Under the pieces are notes generated by a model. It made no database searches. It was given only the letters and a program-made list of their open reading frames with translations, and was not told the origin of the DNA. The position numbers and the translations under genes are program-made. A stretch of 64,000 nt of DNA from an uncultured Bacteroidales bacterium (GTDB lineage: Bacteria; Bacteroidota; Bacteroidia; Bacteroidales; JAGOPY01). Below, piece after piece: positions 55,826 through 64,000 of this stretch; within the stretch, counting starts at the first letter, position 1, and every line of letters begins with the position of its first letter. The stretch is taken from contig CAZXWD010000001.1 of assembly GCA_964644135.1 (NCBI GenBank), forward strand, positions 16,882 to 80,881. Reading direction: 5' to 3'.

Positions 55826-57871
55826 TCAAATATCCCACATGTCTTGGTTTACTCCTGCAAACTTCTTGTAAACGTCTTCCATCTCTTTTAATTCTTCAAA
55901 AGAAATGTCGGAAATATCTGTTATTTGTCCTCCAATATCTTGATAATATGGTAGATCTGAAACGGTTTTACGATCCTGATCGTTCTGCCGTGGTTTTTTA
56001 GACCGGTCAATGATTCGCATTAAAGCATATCCTATCGCATCGACATTGTCCCAGTCAGTTCCTATGTTTTCTTCATCATAAGCAATGAAGTTATTAATGA
56101 TCTCACCAAACCAGCACTGACTGATAAAGTCAACTACCCATGTCTGAAGGATACCCATCATTCTGGGTTTGCTGAACATATTCATTTTTACGCCAAAGTC
56201 ATGGTTCTGTTTCGTGTCCGGAGAATCAAATGATTTGGGTCTTGGACTGAGGTATCTTTTTCCTTCGTTCTTCTTGAAGTAGTCTATGATCAGATCATAT
56301 TCCGCACTCAACATAGCATCTTTAATCGTATTCCAGGCAATGGCGATCATTAAAGATATTTCATAGAAATGTTCTTTCCTGGGCGGACGCTTCATATAAT
56401 GGACTATCGGAACGATACCGTAATAGTCTGTGTCGAAATCAACATCTCTGAGATCACGAAGCACCACACAGGATCCCAATGAATCAGAAGTTGTCGTTTG
56501 GTCCTCGTTATAACTGTCAATGCCTAAAGTGTCCAGGTGCCGGTATTCGGGTTTGGGGAGCCCTCCGTCGAGCACCTCGATACGCCTCCATTCAGGATCT
56601 TTTTTCCTGGCAGGACGTATTGTGACTTTGCGGGGAATTTCGATATCACCCATTTCATCGCGCACCCATTCAAGAACATACTCCTTGTACCTGGGCGGTT
56701 CGGAATCAATACGCTGGTTCTGGCCATAGAGAAGATCATTATCAAAGTTGTTCGATCCGGAAGAGGTAAAGACTTCTTCAACGTTTAATGGATATTTTTG
56801 GTTCCATTCGATGAGCGCTTTTTTGTTTGGGTTCTTTGCCCTTATTACTCTTCCTTCGAGGATCTTTTCTTTTGAGGCCCTGACATCTTCTACACCGATA
56901 AGCTGTTCATCGGAAACATCCGGATATTGAGCTCTGATGTTTGGAAGCTTTTCGGCTTTGGTTCCGTCCGGATTTTTCGCCCCGCCGTAATAAGGGAAAA
57001 AGTACCGTTGGCCACCAATGAAAAACCTTCTGAGGCCATAACTTTCCGCGTGATACCAAAGTTCTTTAAATGCCTTACTGCCTGTTAAAACATTGCCACC
57101 GGTTCCGTAAAAGTAAAATGTTCCAAGTGTTTCCTCGCCAAGTTCCAATGCCGGCCTGATCGATTCGTATCCCTGTGCTGCTTTGGCAAATTGTCCTGTC
57201 TCTTCCATGATCACATCATGAAAAAATTCGCCCTCAAGTTTAGTTGCATGGTCACTCATAGTGGCGAATTGAGTAATGGAGCTGATCAGCGGCTCATAAG
57301 ATCCCTGGCTGTTTTCATACTCATAACCGATCTCTAATGTATCATCGTTCCTGCGTAGCCAGTTTAGTTTCAGTTCCGGCGGGACATTGTTAAACGAAGA
57401 GTATAGTTTTTGCCTGAAGCCTTTGACATATTTTTCAAGACCGGCAGCTACACCCATCCTGTAGTCCGGAATAAAACGATATCCCCAGCTGCCTAAAACA
57501 TTTCCAACGATTGACAGGCCTTTTCTTCTTGCTTTTGGAATAACAAGGCCTGGTTCCCGGTACTTCTTTACTTCGTAGATCTCTTTGAACAGTTCATAAT
57601 GAACATCGATAAAATCAGGATATACACTTCCGTGCAACCCTTTGATGATATTGAAATTCAAATGATAATAATAAAAAGGCGGAATCCATATTCCGCCAGT
57701 TGTGTACCCGTTTTCCAGGTAATAGAATTGTTCGAGCCACCATTCTTCCCACAGACTTGTTCCTACACATTTAGGATTGGAAACAGAATCGGCAAAGATT
57801 GGAATGTTTCCGGCTACAGGTTTTGGATTAAACCCCTTGTCCTTGATTATCGGAACGTAATTATCCGACAC
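55826..57871 (-). CDS. terL: terminase large subunit
   Basis: Walker A-like VIPKARRKGLS and Walker B FHDVIMEETGQF. C-terminal nuclease-type acidic motifs (LGIDSYNED). GTG start overlaps the upstream gene by 11 nt. Confidence 0.75.
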   Translation of the reverse strand: MSDNYVPIIKDKGFNPKPVAGNIPIFADSVSNPKCVGTSLWEEWWLEQFYYLENGYTTGGIWIPPFYYYHLNFNIIKGLHGSVYPDFIDVHYELFKEIYEVKKYREPGLVIPKARRKGLSIVGNVLGSWGYRFIPDYRMGVAAGLEKYVKGFRQKLYSSFNNVPPELKLNWLRRNDDTLEIGYEYENSQGSYEPLISSITQFATMSDHATKLEGEFFHDVIMEETGQFAKAAQGYESIRPALELGEETLGTFYFYGTGGNVLTGSKAFKELWYHAESYGLRRFFIGGQRYFFPYYGGAKNPDGTKAEKLPNIRAQYPDVSDEQLIGVEDVRASKEKILEGRVIRAKNPNKKALIEWNQKYPLNVEEVFTSSGSNNFDNDLLYGQNQRIDSEPPRYKEYVLEWVRDEMGDIEIPRKVTIRPARKKDPEWRRIEVLDGGLPKPEYRHLDTLGIDSYNEDQTTTSDSLGSCVVLRDLRDVDFDTDYYGIVPIVHYMKRPPRKEHFYEISLMIAIAWNTIKDAMLSAEYDLIIDYFKKNEGKRYLSPRPKSFDSPDTKQNHDFGVKMNMFSKPRMMGILQTWVVDFISQCWFGEIINNFIAYDEENIGTDWDNVDAIGYALMRIIDRSKKPRQNDQDRKTVSDLPYYQDIGGQITDISDISFEELKEMEDVYKKFAGVNQDMWDI

Positions 57872-58418
57872 TTCGCTGGTTTTGTTTTATGATCGATGCC
57901 ATTTTCTGCCTGTACATATCCCTGTTTGCCATGAATTTTTCTATAAGGCTTATTTTTTTTCCTCCTTTTAGTTTCAGCTCTTCTTCTTCCTTTTCAATCC
58001 TGTCTTCGATCTGGCCAAGCTTTGTTTCGATAAGTGTGCTCGAGGCCATGATGTTTTTAACTTCAGTCGAGTTGGTAGCACCGTAAAGCTGCGCATTAAG
58101 AAGGGTGAGCTTACTGAGCAGAAGATCTCTTAACTCATGCCAATAGCTGTAGGTAATGGATTTGTATTCGTCAACGGCAAGGGCAACCAGATCATCCTCT
58201 TCCGGATCGTGACCGTCATCATCCCAAAGTCTTCTGATTGCCATCTTTTTTCGTTCGTCAAAGGGCTTTCTGCGATAAGGCGAATCGATAGGATCATAGA
58301 CCAGGATTATGTAAAGGACGTTTTTCTTTTTTATCTTGGAAAGAACGGTACAGAGCTTTAAAGCTTCTTCCCGGATGATAAGATCGTTTTTCTCGTCAAA
58401 AAAGAAAGTACTGGCCAT
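57861..58418 (-). CDS. hypothetical protein (small-terminase candidate by position only)
   Basis: 185 aa, coiled-coil C-terminal half, translationally coupled to terL. Confidence 0.2.
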   Translation of the reverse strand: MASTFFFDEKNDLIIREEALKLCTVLSKIKKKNVLYIILVYDPIDSPYRRKPFDERKKMAIRRLWDDDGHDPEEDDLVALAVDEYKSITYSYWHELRDLLLSKLTLLNAQLYGATNSTEVKNIMASSTLIETKLGQIEDRIEKEEEELKLKGGKKISLIEKFMANRDMYRQKMASIIKQNQRSVG

Positions 58419-58443
58419 AAGAGATCTAATTTGTCGTAAAAAT

Positions 58444-58473
58444 AAAAAAAACGCTGACCATTAGCCAGCGTTT
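58444..58473 (-). terminator. rho-independent terminator
   Basis: On the minus strand: aaacgctg, 9-nt loop, cagcgttt, then T8. Confidence 0.65.
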
Positions 58474-58494
58474 GAAAATCTGTTAAATTAAACA

Positions 58495-58803
58495 TCAGGG
58501 TTTGTGCTTGCCTTCAACGCCCCGTGCCTTTCTGTCTTTGGTTCTTTTTTCGAACCACATCAGCGCCTCTTCCATCTTCGTTATGGCAATCGAGTTTTCC
58601 CTGCAGGGAAACATTTCGGCAAGTCCTTTGGTCCGGTCGATAAGGATCTTTAAAAGCTCCTCGTTGGTCGTTCCGTCCCTGACCGTTTTAAGTTTTTCAG
58701 GATTTTGCTCGTCTTTTTCTTTGTGGATGAACTGAACTGTCTGTCCGGTTCCTCCTTCAAAGTCTTCTGCAATGTAGGTGTGTCGTGGTACAATGATCTT
58801 CAT
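58495..58803 (-). CDS. conserved-looking phage protein of unknown function
   Basis: 102 aa. The segment TNEELLKILIDRTKGLAEMFPCRENSIAITKMEEALMWFEKRTKDRKARGVEG resembles a widespread phage family I cannot name with confidence. Confidence 0.5.
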   Translation of the reverse strand: MKIIVPRHTYIAEDFEGGTGQTVQFIHKEKDEQNPEKLKTVRDGTTNEELLKILIDRTKGLAEMFPCRENSIAITKMEEALMWFEKRTKDRKARGVEGKHKP

Positions 58804-58821
58804 GTTAAAAATTTTTAAGGT

Positions 58822-59793
58822 TTAGAAATCGTCAATATCGATATCGTAATTGTATTCGTACTTGGTATCTGTCCGGATAAGCGCCTTGCCTTCTTCCCTG
58901 GAAAGTTTGATGTAATTATCATATAGTTTGCGGAACTTAATGGAATTGAGCCTTCTGTAGTTTAACATATCGGCAATAAGCGATGGGATGAAAAATACCG
59001 GAAACACACTTATCTCAGCCGAGGTGATCAGGTTCGGTTTGAATTCGTGATCGTCATTGGTCTTGACAAAAACAATGTTTAAAGACCCTATCTTAACCTT
59101 ATAGGTTATCATTGCCATTAGGGCATATGCATTCAACTGGATCGTGTAATGATTGTAGTTGCAGTCTTCAATATGGTCTACAGGTGGCAGCATATAACGA
59201 TTGTAAACCTTTTCAATCTTCTCATCATTGATCTTGTTTGAACTGAATTGAATTCCCTGGGCAAGATTTGTCTTAAAATCATACATGTCCAGTATCAATC
59301 CGTTATCATCGTTATAGGCTTGCCTTCTGCCTTTGACAAGGTCTGTTGTTCCTGCAAGCAATTCTTTTTGATAATAAATGACCTGTTCCGGATAGATCAT
59401 GTCTTTTTCACCGTCCCAGAGCGTTTCCTTCTTGAACTTTTCAAGGGCCCTGTCGAGCACTTTCGATTTTGAGGTTCCTACAATAAAGAAATTTTCACAC
59501 AAGCCGTGAATGAACGTTCCATGGTCCAGGCCTTTGTTTTTCTTTCGTTTCCACTCTTCCCTGATCTCAATAGATTTATTCTTTACCTCGTGTGGAAACC
59601 GCTTTTTCGCTACAGGAGAAGATACTCCTTTTTCTTTTGCAATAGCTGCAGCAGCCATATTCAAGGATATGACCTTTTCCGGAAAAGGAGTTTTGAAAGG
59701 ACTTAAAAAGCTGGACACGCTTTCGTATTCGCGTCCAGCCCTGTCAAAATATCTATGTTCATTCGGTTCTAAAAGAACTTCTTCTTTAAACAT
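58822..59793 (-). CDS. PD-(D/E)XK exonuclease (Cas4/RecB-like recombination nuclease)
   Basis: Motifs GTFIHGLCENF, LAGTTDLVKG, MYDFKTN and TIQLNAYALM. Acidic tail ends DIDIDDF. Confidence 0.75.
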   Translation of the reverse strand: MFKEEVLLEPNEHRYFDRAGREYESVSSFLSPFKTPFPEKVISLNMAAAAIAKEKGVSSPVAKKRFPHEVKNKSIEIREEWKRKKNKGLDHGTFIHGLCENFFIVGTSKSKVLDRALEKFKKETLWDGEKDMIYPEQVIYYQKELLAGTTDLVKGRRQAYNDDNGLILDMYDFKTNLAQGIQFSSNKINDEKIEKVYNRYMLPPVDHIEDCNYNHYTIQLNAYALMAMITYKVKIGSLNIVFVKTNDDHEFKPNLITSAEISVFPVFFIPSLIADMLNYRRLNSIKFRKLYDNYIKLSREEGKALIRTDTKYEYNYDIDIDDF

Positions 59794-60623
59794 TATTCCT
59801 CCTCTTCTTCACCTAATGGAGAGGTTGGATCGAGGTCTTCCTCTGCCGGCACATTTTTATTTTCGCCCGGATCTGGCATTACAGCTGTTTCATCCTGGAC
59901 GCCTTCTTCTTCTTCTGAAGAGTTTACCGGTGTAGCTTTCTCGGGAATTTGTTCGGCCTGCTCCACGCCATCATAGTCTTCTCCGTGTTTCATGGCAATA
60001 TAGCCCTTGTCTTCCAATGCTCTTACCATTGCAGATTCAAGTGCTGAATCATCCATCTGTTCGATCTCTCTGCGCTTCTCCTGGTCTTCTTCGCCCCAAA
60101 TGCTGTATTGCTTGGCCGACATGAGCTTTAATCTTCTGTCAGTGATCCACTTCTCTACAGAGTCTAAACAGTTGTTACAGGCCCTGTGAAGCTTCTCAAA
60201 AGACGAATAGTTGTTCATGGTCAGCCTGGGTGTGGCCAGACCAATTTTTGAATCACAGCTTTCTATTGTTCCGGATATGACTATTCCGTCCTGAGAAATA
60301 CTTATGCCTGTGACTTTTGTAGCATCGTAAATCCTTACAAGATCCATATAGATTGAAGTTTCCTCCTCCGTCAGCTCTTGCTTGTCAATGATCATTCCGT
60401 TTTTGATGTACTTGTTGAAATCAGAACGCCAGTGCCGTGTAATGATCAGAAAATGCCTTCTGAGGTTCTGTACGAAGTTTATGATCTCTTCAGGTATCGG
60501 TGCCTTTATGTCTTCTTTGGCATCGTATATCAAAGATCCGTTTTCCTTTTCGCGTATACCGGTTCCTTCTACATGGATACCGTTGTAACCGCCGTCAATG
60601 AATTTGAATTTTTGTACTTTCAT
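59793..60623 (-). CDS. hypothetical protein, possible recombination partner of the exonuclease
   Basis: 1-nt overlap with the exonuclease gene. Long acidic C-terminal region ending GEEEEE. No motif recognised. Confidence 0.25.
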   Translation of the reverse strand: MKVQKFKFIDGGYNGIHVEGTGIREKENGSLIYDAKEDIKAPIPEEIINFVQNLRRHFLIITRHWRSDFNKYIKNGMIIDKQELTEEETSIYMDLVRIYDATKVTGISISQDGIVISGTIESCDSKIGLATPRLTMNNYSSFEKLHRACNNCLDSVEKWITDRRLKLMSAKQYSIWGEEDQEKRREIEQMDDSALESAMVRALEDKGYIAMKHGEDYDGVEQAEQIPEKATPVNSSEEEEGVQDETAVMPDPGENKNVPAEEDLDPTSPLGEEEEE

Positions 60624-60629
60624 AATAAT

Positions 60630-60908
60630 TTAACTATAAACAGGATTAATAATTCTTCCTCTTTCTTCTTCTCGCCACTCTTTTATGCATTTTTTCATCT
60701 GGGAATTGTCAGGAAAAATGAATACGGTGGCCATGACTTTTATACCGTCAAAATTCTTCAGTACGGTAAAGGATGGCTTGCCTCTGCTTACCCTTTCCTG
60801 GTACCGTCGATGTGCGGTGATAGGAGTGCTTTGTAAATCTATTGCTCTCATAAGTCTGCAACCATACCTGGCGATATCCATCTGCTCGTCTGTGGTGTAC
60901 TGTATCAT
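60630..60908 (-). CDS. hypothetical protein
   Basis: ATG start, 92 aa, first gene after a 200-nt intergenic region. Confidence 0.45.
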   Translation of the reverse strand: MIQYTTDEQMDIARYGCRLMRAIDLQSTPITAHRRYQERVSRGKPSFTVLKNFDGIKVMATVFIFPDNSQMKKCIKEWREEERGRIINPVYS

Positions 60909-60944
60909 CGTAATTCAGTTTGGTAAAATGTTACGTTTTAGCTT

Positions 60945-60952
60945 CAAATGTA
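60945..60952 (-). promoter_or_regulatory. candidate Bacteroidota-type -7 box TACATTTG
   Basis: On the minus strand it reads TACATTTG, 36 nt upstream of the ATG at 60908. It lies in the only long intergenic region of the block. Confidence 0.3.
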
Positions 60953-60996
60953 AAAAATCTATCGGAATCTGCACCTTACTTTTTCAAAAACTTTTC

Positions 60997-61027
60997 AAAA
61001 AAAGGCCGACCATAAAACGGGCCGGCC
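60997..61027 (-). terminator. rho-independent terminator after radC-like gene
   Basis: On the minus strand: ggccggcc, 8-nt loop, ggtcggcc (one G-U pair), then T7. Confidence 0.65.
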
Positions 61028-61107
61028 TTTCCCAGTAATTAACCAATAAACCAATCTATCTTGAAGCAAGATTAGGCTAAAGTAAGGATAATTTAATCCA
61101 ATGTCAT

Positions 61108-61794
61108 TTACATATAACCTTGATCTGCAAATGAGAAAAAGTTATCCTTGCCGCCAACAATGATATGATCCAGAACAGGCACATCCAGTATCTTTCCTGA
61201 TTCGATCATTTTTCTCGTTAACCTGATATCGGCTTCACTTGGCTGGGAGCTTCCTGAAGGATGATTATGAGCCAGTATAACGGCAGATCCGAACTCGTTA
61301 ATAGCGGTTTTGAATATTCTTTTCGGATCGGCTACGGTTCCTGATATTCCACCTTCTGAAACTTTAACCGGTCTTATCAGCTTATTCGATCTGCTGAGAA
61401 CAAGCACCCAGAACTCTTCATGTTTTAACCCTCTGAAGAAAGGATAAGTATGTTCGTAAACAATTCTTGAACTGGTAAACTTTTCATTTTGGTATTCGAC
61501 CGGGTCATTCAACCTCTGGCCCAGCTCCAGTGCTACCCGCAACCGGACAGCTGTTACAGGACCTATTCCTCTGATCCTGGAAAGTTGCTTTACTGACATG
61601 TTCTTTATTCTGGAAAGATCTTTACCGGCATCGGTATAAAGCTGCATAGCTGTCTGAACGCTGTTGTTTTCTTCCTTGCCCGTATTGATGATCAGGGATA
61701 TTAACTCAACAACGGTCATCTTTTGTAAGGCTCCATTTTGTGCTTTATAAATGGGCCGGTCTTCCAGTGCCCAGTTATTTATCTTCATCTTCAC
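61108..61794 (-). CDS. radC: RadC-like JAB/JAMM-domain protein
   Basis: HhH segment LSRIRGIGPVTAVRLRVALELG. JAMM motif ILAHNHPSGSSQPSEADIRLT (nt 61228-61269). GTG start at 61794, or ATG at 61788. Confidence 0.85.
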   Translation of the reverse strand: MKMKINNWALEDRPIYKAQNGALQKMTVVELISLIINTGKEENNSVQTAMQLYTDAGKDLSRIKNMSVKQLSRIRGIGPVTAVRLRVALELGQRLNDPVEYQNEKFTSSRIVYEHTYPFFRGLKHEEFWVLVLSRSNKLIRPVKVSEGGISGTVADPKRIFKTAINEFGSAVILAHNHPSGSSQPSEADIRLTRKMIESGKILDVPVLDHIIVGGKDNFFSFADQGYM

Positions 61795-62767
61795 CTCCTT
61801 CCTCGAATGTCAATTCGCTGTTAGTCCATACGCCACTGTCAAGACCTCCGCATATATCGTTGAGGCCATAGCCGTAAGAGCCGTCAACGCTAAACCGGTA
61901 AAACCCTTTTTGAATCTTCACCAGGCGGTCGGATTGTTGTTCAACCCCTGCAGATCCGTTCCATGAATCATGAAGCCAGATGTTGGTTCCTTTGGCAATG
62001 AACACATCTTCAGACATAAAAGACCTGTTAGTTGTAAAGCTATACAGATCTATCGTGCAGGTAAATACCAGGATGTTCGATCCGCTTGTTGTGTTATCGA
62101 TGTTCTCTGATAGTTTTTCAGCACTGATGACAGGATCTTTCCTCTCGGGCATGTCAGGATAGGTGGCATAAAGCTGGCCAAGATGCTCTTCGTTCATGTC
62201 TTTCCTGTCCTCGGGATCTCCGATATGAGCCTTGATAAACTCCCGGGGATTGATCTGAAGGAAATCCAGCAACTCTTCAATCCTCTCGTATGGATAGCCG
62301 CTGATTCCGAATTCCCATCCTGAACAATCAAAGGTGATCGGATTAAGGTCTTTATTTATCGGCACCAGGTTTATATGCGGTTTTGTAAAGCGGTAAAGAC
62401 TTTTAAAATCCAATCCTGTTAACATGAATTGACTTGCCCATCCAGTGAAATCATTTTTAAAAGTCTCTACAGTGTGATACCAATGGTTATAATACCACGC
62501 GGCAAGCCTTGAAACTTTGTCATCACTGAGCAGCTCACCGACATGTTCCCTTGTCAGATCCCACAGGTATTCATCGTTGGCCATCAACATTTCCGATTCG
62601 AATGAAAGTTGCTTATCCTCACTTTCCAGGATGTTCTGAATCTGGTCTTCTTCAAGATAAACATTGTTGTCAAATTCACCAATAACCTCCTTTTGATTAA
62701 TCTCACAAAAGACCGATCGTTTGATAGATCTTTCGATTACCTTTTTTGTTTCTGCAAATTTTCTCAT
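61775..62767 (-). CDS. hypothetical protein (330 aa)
   Basis: ATG start. Overlaps the radC start. Trp/Tyr-rich with an acidic C-terminus. Confidence 0.5.
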   Translation of the reverse strand: MRKFAETKKVIERSIKRSVFCEINQKEVIGEFDNNVYLEEDQIQNILESEDKQLSFESEMLMANDEYLWDLTREHVGELLSDDKVSRLAAWYYNHWYHTVETFKNDFTGWASQFMLTGLDFKSLYRFTKPHINLVPINKDLNPITFDCSGWEFGISGYPYERIEELLDFLQINPREFIKAHIGDPEDRKDMNEEHLGQLYATYPDMPERKDPVISAEKLSENIDNTTSGSNILVFTCTIDLYSFTTNRSFMSEDVFIAKGTNIWLHDSWNGSAGVEQQSDRLVKIQKGFYRFSVDGSYGYGLNDICGGLDSGVWTNSELTFEEGGEDEDK

Positions 62768-62802
62768 AATTACTGTAGTTGTTTAAAAGAAGGGTAATCG
62801 AA

Positions 62803-62833
62803 TAAAAAAAGCCGCCTTTTTTACGGGCGGCTT
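62803..62833 (-). terminator. rho-independent terminator
   Basis: On the minus strand: gccgccc, loop, ggcggc, then T7. Confidence 0.6.
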
Positions 62834-62884
62834 CTATCTGGTTTCTGCCAGAGCTCCATTTCCAGGAGCAGCTTTTAATTGTAA

Positions 62885-63286
62885 CTAAAGAGAATCAAGC
62901 TCTTTCCTCAAAGTATTGATCTTGTTGGTTATGATATTCTCCAGGTTGTTGTTAAACTCGTTTACGGCATCCCTGAGCTCAACAGCTTCTTCCATGTTAA
63001 AAGAAATTTCATGGCTTTTTTCCTTATCTCCGACTATTTTCAGCGAATACCACTGGTTATGATTAGGCCCGGAAAATTTTATGGAGTGTCTTACTCCCAT
63101 AAATTTATTAGCATTGACCAGGCTGGCCACTGTTGCGTCAAATTTTAGTTCAACCTGGTTTAGATTAAGGTCTCTTTCCATTTTTACCTCATCCCGTTCA
63201 TGCGGAAACTGGTGAAAGAGGATCTTTTCGAGGGTTTCAATTTTGCTGTTGATTTCAACTGCTTTTTTAAGTGTGTACGTGTCCAT
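62885..63286 (-). CDS. hypothetical protein
   Basis: ATG start, 133 aa. Confidence 0.45.
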   Translation of the reverse strand: MDTYTLKKAVEINSKIETLEKILFHQFPHERDEVKMERDLNLNQVELKFDATVASLVNANKFMGVRHSIKFSGPNHNQWYSLKIVGDKEKSHEISFNMEEAVELRDAVNEFNNNLENIITNKINTLRKELDSL

Positions 63287-63288
63287 GT

Positions 63289-63579
63289 TTAATCTTGTTT
63301 TTCGTGAAACTTTTTCCTGAATAGCTTGTAAAGCTGTTTGCCGTGTTTTGTCGCAGTGTTTACTGCAATAAGGAATGTGTTGCGGTGCATGCCTTGTTCT
63401 ATTGCTTTGTTGTCGTTAGTGGAAAGAGTCATGTATATTGCTGCCTCTTCTGCCTGGTCGTATGAGTCATAGTCGCCCAAAATCTTTTTCATGGCCATAG
63501 GATCATCGGCAGTATTCAAGCCTTCGTACCACACTACAACGTACGGCCTTTTGTAATTTTTGAATTCCCTGTATTCCAT
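63289..63579 (-). CDS. hypothetical protein
   Basis: ATG start, 96 aa. Confidence 0.45.
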   Translation of the reverse strand: MEYREFKNYKRPYVVVWYEGLNTADDPMAMKKILGDYDSYDQAEEAAIYMTLSTNDNKAIEQGMHRNTFLIAVNTATKHGKQLYKLFRKKFHEKQD

Positions 63580-63605
63580 AATGATTTATTTAAAAAAAAG
63601 GTAAG

Positions 63606-64000
63606 CTACTGCCTACCTTTTCTTTCATCCTCTTGGTTATCATCCGGAGTTTTCAATAGATAGTTGCGTGTCGATCTTTTTCGCCATCCCAACAGGGCCA
63701 GGTCATGAAGTTTCTGCCTTAGCCTCTCATAGACCGCGTCAGGATAATCATGAGTATCCCGATCATGGTATATACGTTCTGTCGTTGATATAATGCTTGA
63801 AAGGAGATGATCCCTGTTCCGTAGAGCCCATTCAAGGTGAATGATCTCTTCTTCTATAGAAGATTCCTCATCAACGTAAATCACGTAAGATTGTTCTGGT
63901 GCTCCCAGGCATTTTTTTATTCCATCTCGTTCTATCTCAAACCGAAAGCCGGCATTCAAACAGTGTATGACTAGCTCCTCGAAAAGATCGGCCTTTTCCT
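63606..64000 (-). CDS. hypothetical protein, 5'-truncated by the window edge
   Basis: The track start at 63959 is a TTG codon. The frame stays open upstream to nt 64000 (...EKADLFEELVIHCLNAGFRF), so the true start is probably outside the window. Confidence 0.45.
   Translation of the reverse strand, partial: EKADLFEELVIHCLNAGFRFEIERDGIKKCLGAPEQSYVIYVDEESSIEEEIIHLEWALRNRDHLLSSIISTTERIYHDRDTHDYPDAVYERLRQKLHDLALLGWRKRSTRNYLLKTPDDNQEDERKGRQ

Noticed and set aside
15937-57871. Stop-codon reassignment (TAG or TGA recoding) in late genes, as seen in some crAss-like and other gut phages.
   Set aside because: All late genes, including the 5232-codon ORF, are intact in the standard code. There are no fragmented ORF series, so recoding does not need to be invoked.
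60909-61107. A possible tRNA or small RNA in the longest intergenic region. I also checked 871-992, 8866-8990 and 62768-62884.
   Set aside because: I could not find a cloverleaf-compatible sequence or a GTTCRANYC T-loop. The structured parts are explained by terminator hairpins. An unstructured sRNA cannot be excluded.
63957-63959. Track start of the last ORF, shown as M.
   Set aside because: The codon is TTG, and the frame is open all the way to nt 64000. The ORF is more likely truncated by the window edge than started here.

Overview
This window looks like one contiguous piece of a large, lytic, tailed dsDNA phage genome. It is almost entirely coding. I found no rRNA, tRNA, CRISPR array, integrase or reverse transcriptase. 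Nt 70-8865 (+ strand) is a replication and repair module: an E1/ThiF-like enzyme, an SF2 helicase, a T7 gp4-type primase-helicase, a Sak4-like ATPase, an SSB-like protein, a family-1 uracil-DNA glycosylase and a GroES-like protein. This module meets a 55-kb minus-strand block at a bidirectional terminator (8913-8944). Read in transcription order, the minus-strand block holds small early-type genes, a RadC/JAB protein, a Cas4-like exonuclease, large terminase, portal, a scaffold-like protein, major capsid, head and tail proteins, fibres, an embedded lysis cassette, a 1327-aa tail protein and a 5232-aa giant protein. It ends with two collagen-like fibres followed by glycosyltransferase, sulfotransferase and methyltransferase genes. 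Two things stand out. (1) The 15.7-kb single ORF appears to fuse a virion-RNA-polymerase-type double-psi beta-barrel (DFDGD) with polyvalent-protein-style effector domains: ART-like, SLOG-like, ASCH-like, HExxH peptidase and PD-(D/E)XK nuclease. (2) The fibre operon looks like a self-contained system that glycosylates, and possibly sulfates and methylates, Thr-rich collagen-like fibres. Sec signal peptides, a lipoprotein signal and TAnnTTTG boxes suggest a Bacteroidota host, and the gene content looks crAss-like; both points are inference. All function calls come from reading motifs by eye. No database or structure search was run. The ORF track allows TTG and GTG starts, so I checked start codons individually.
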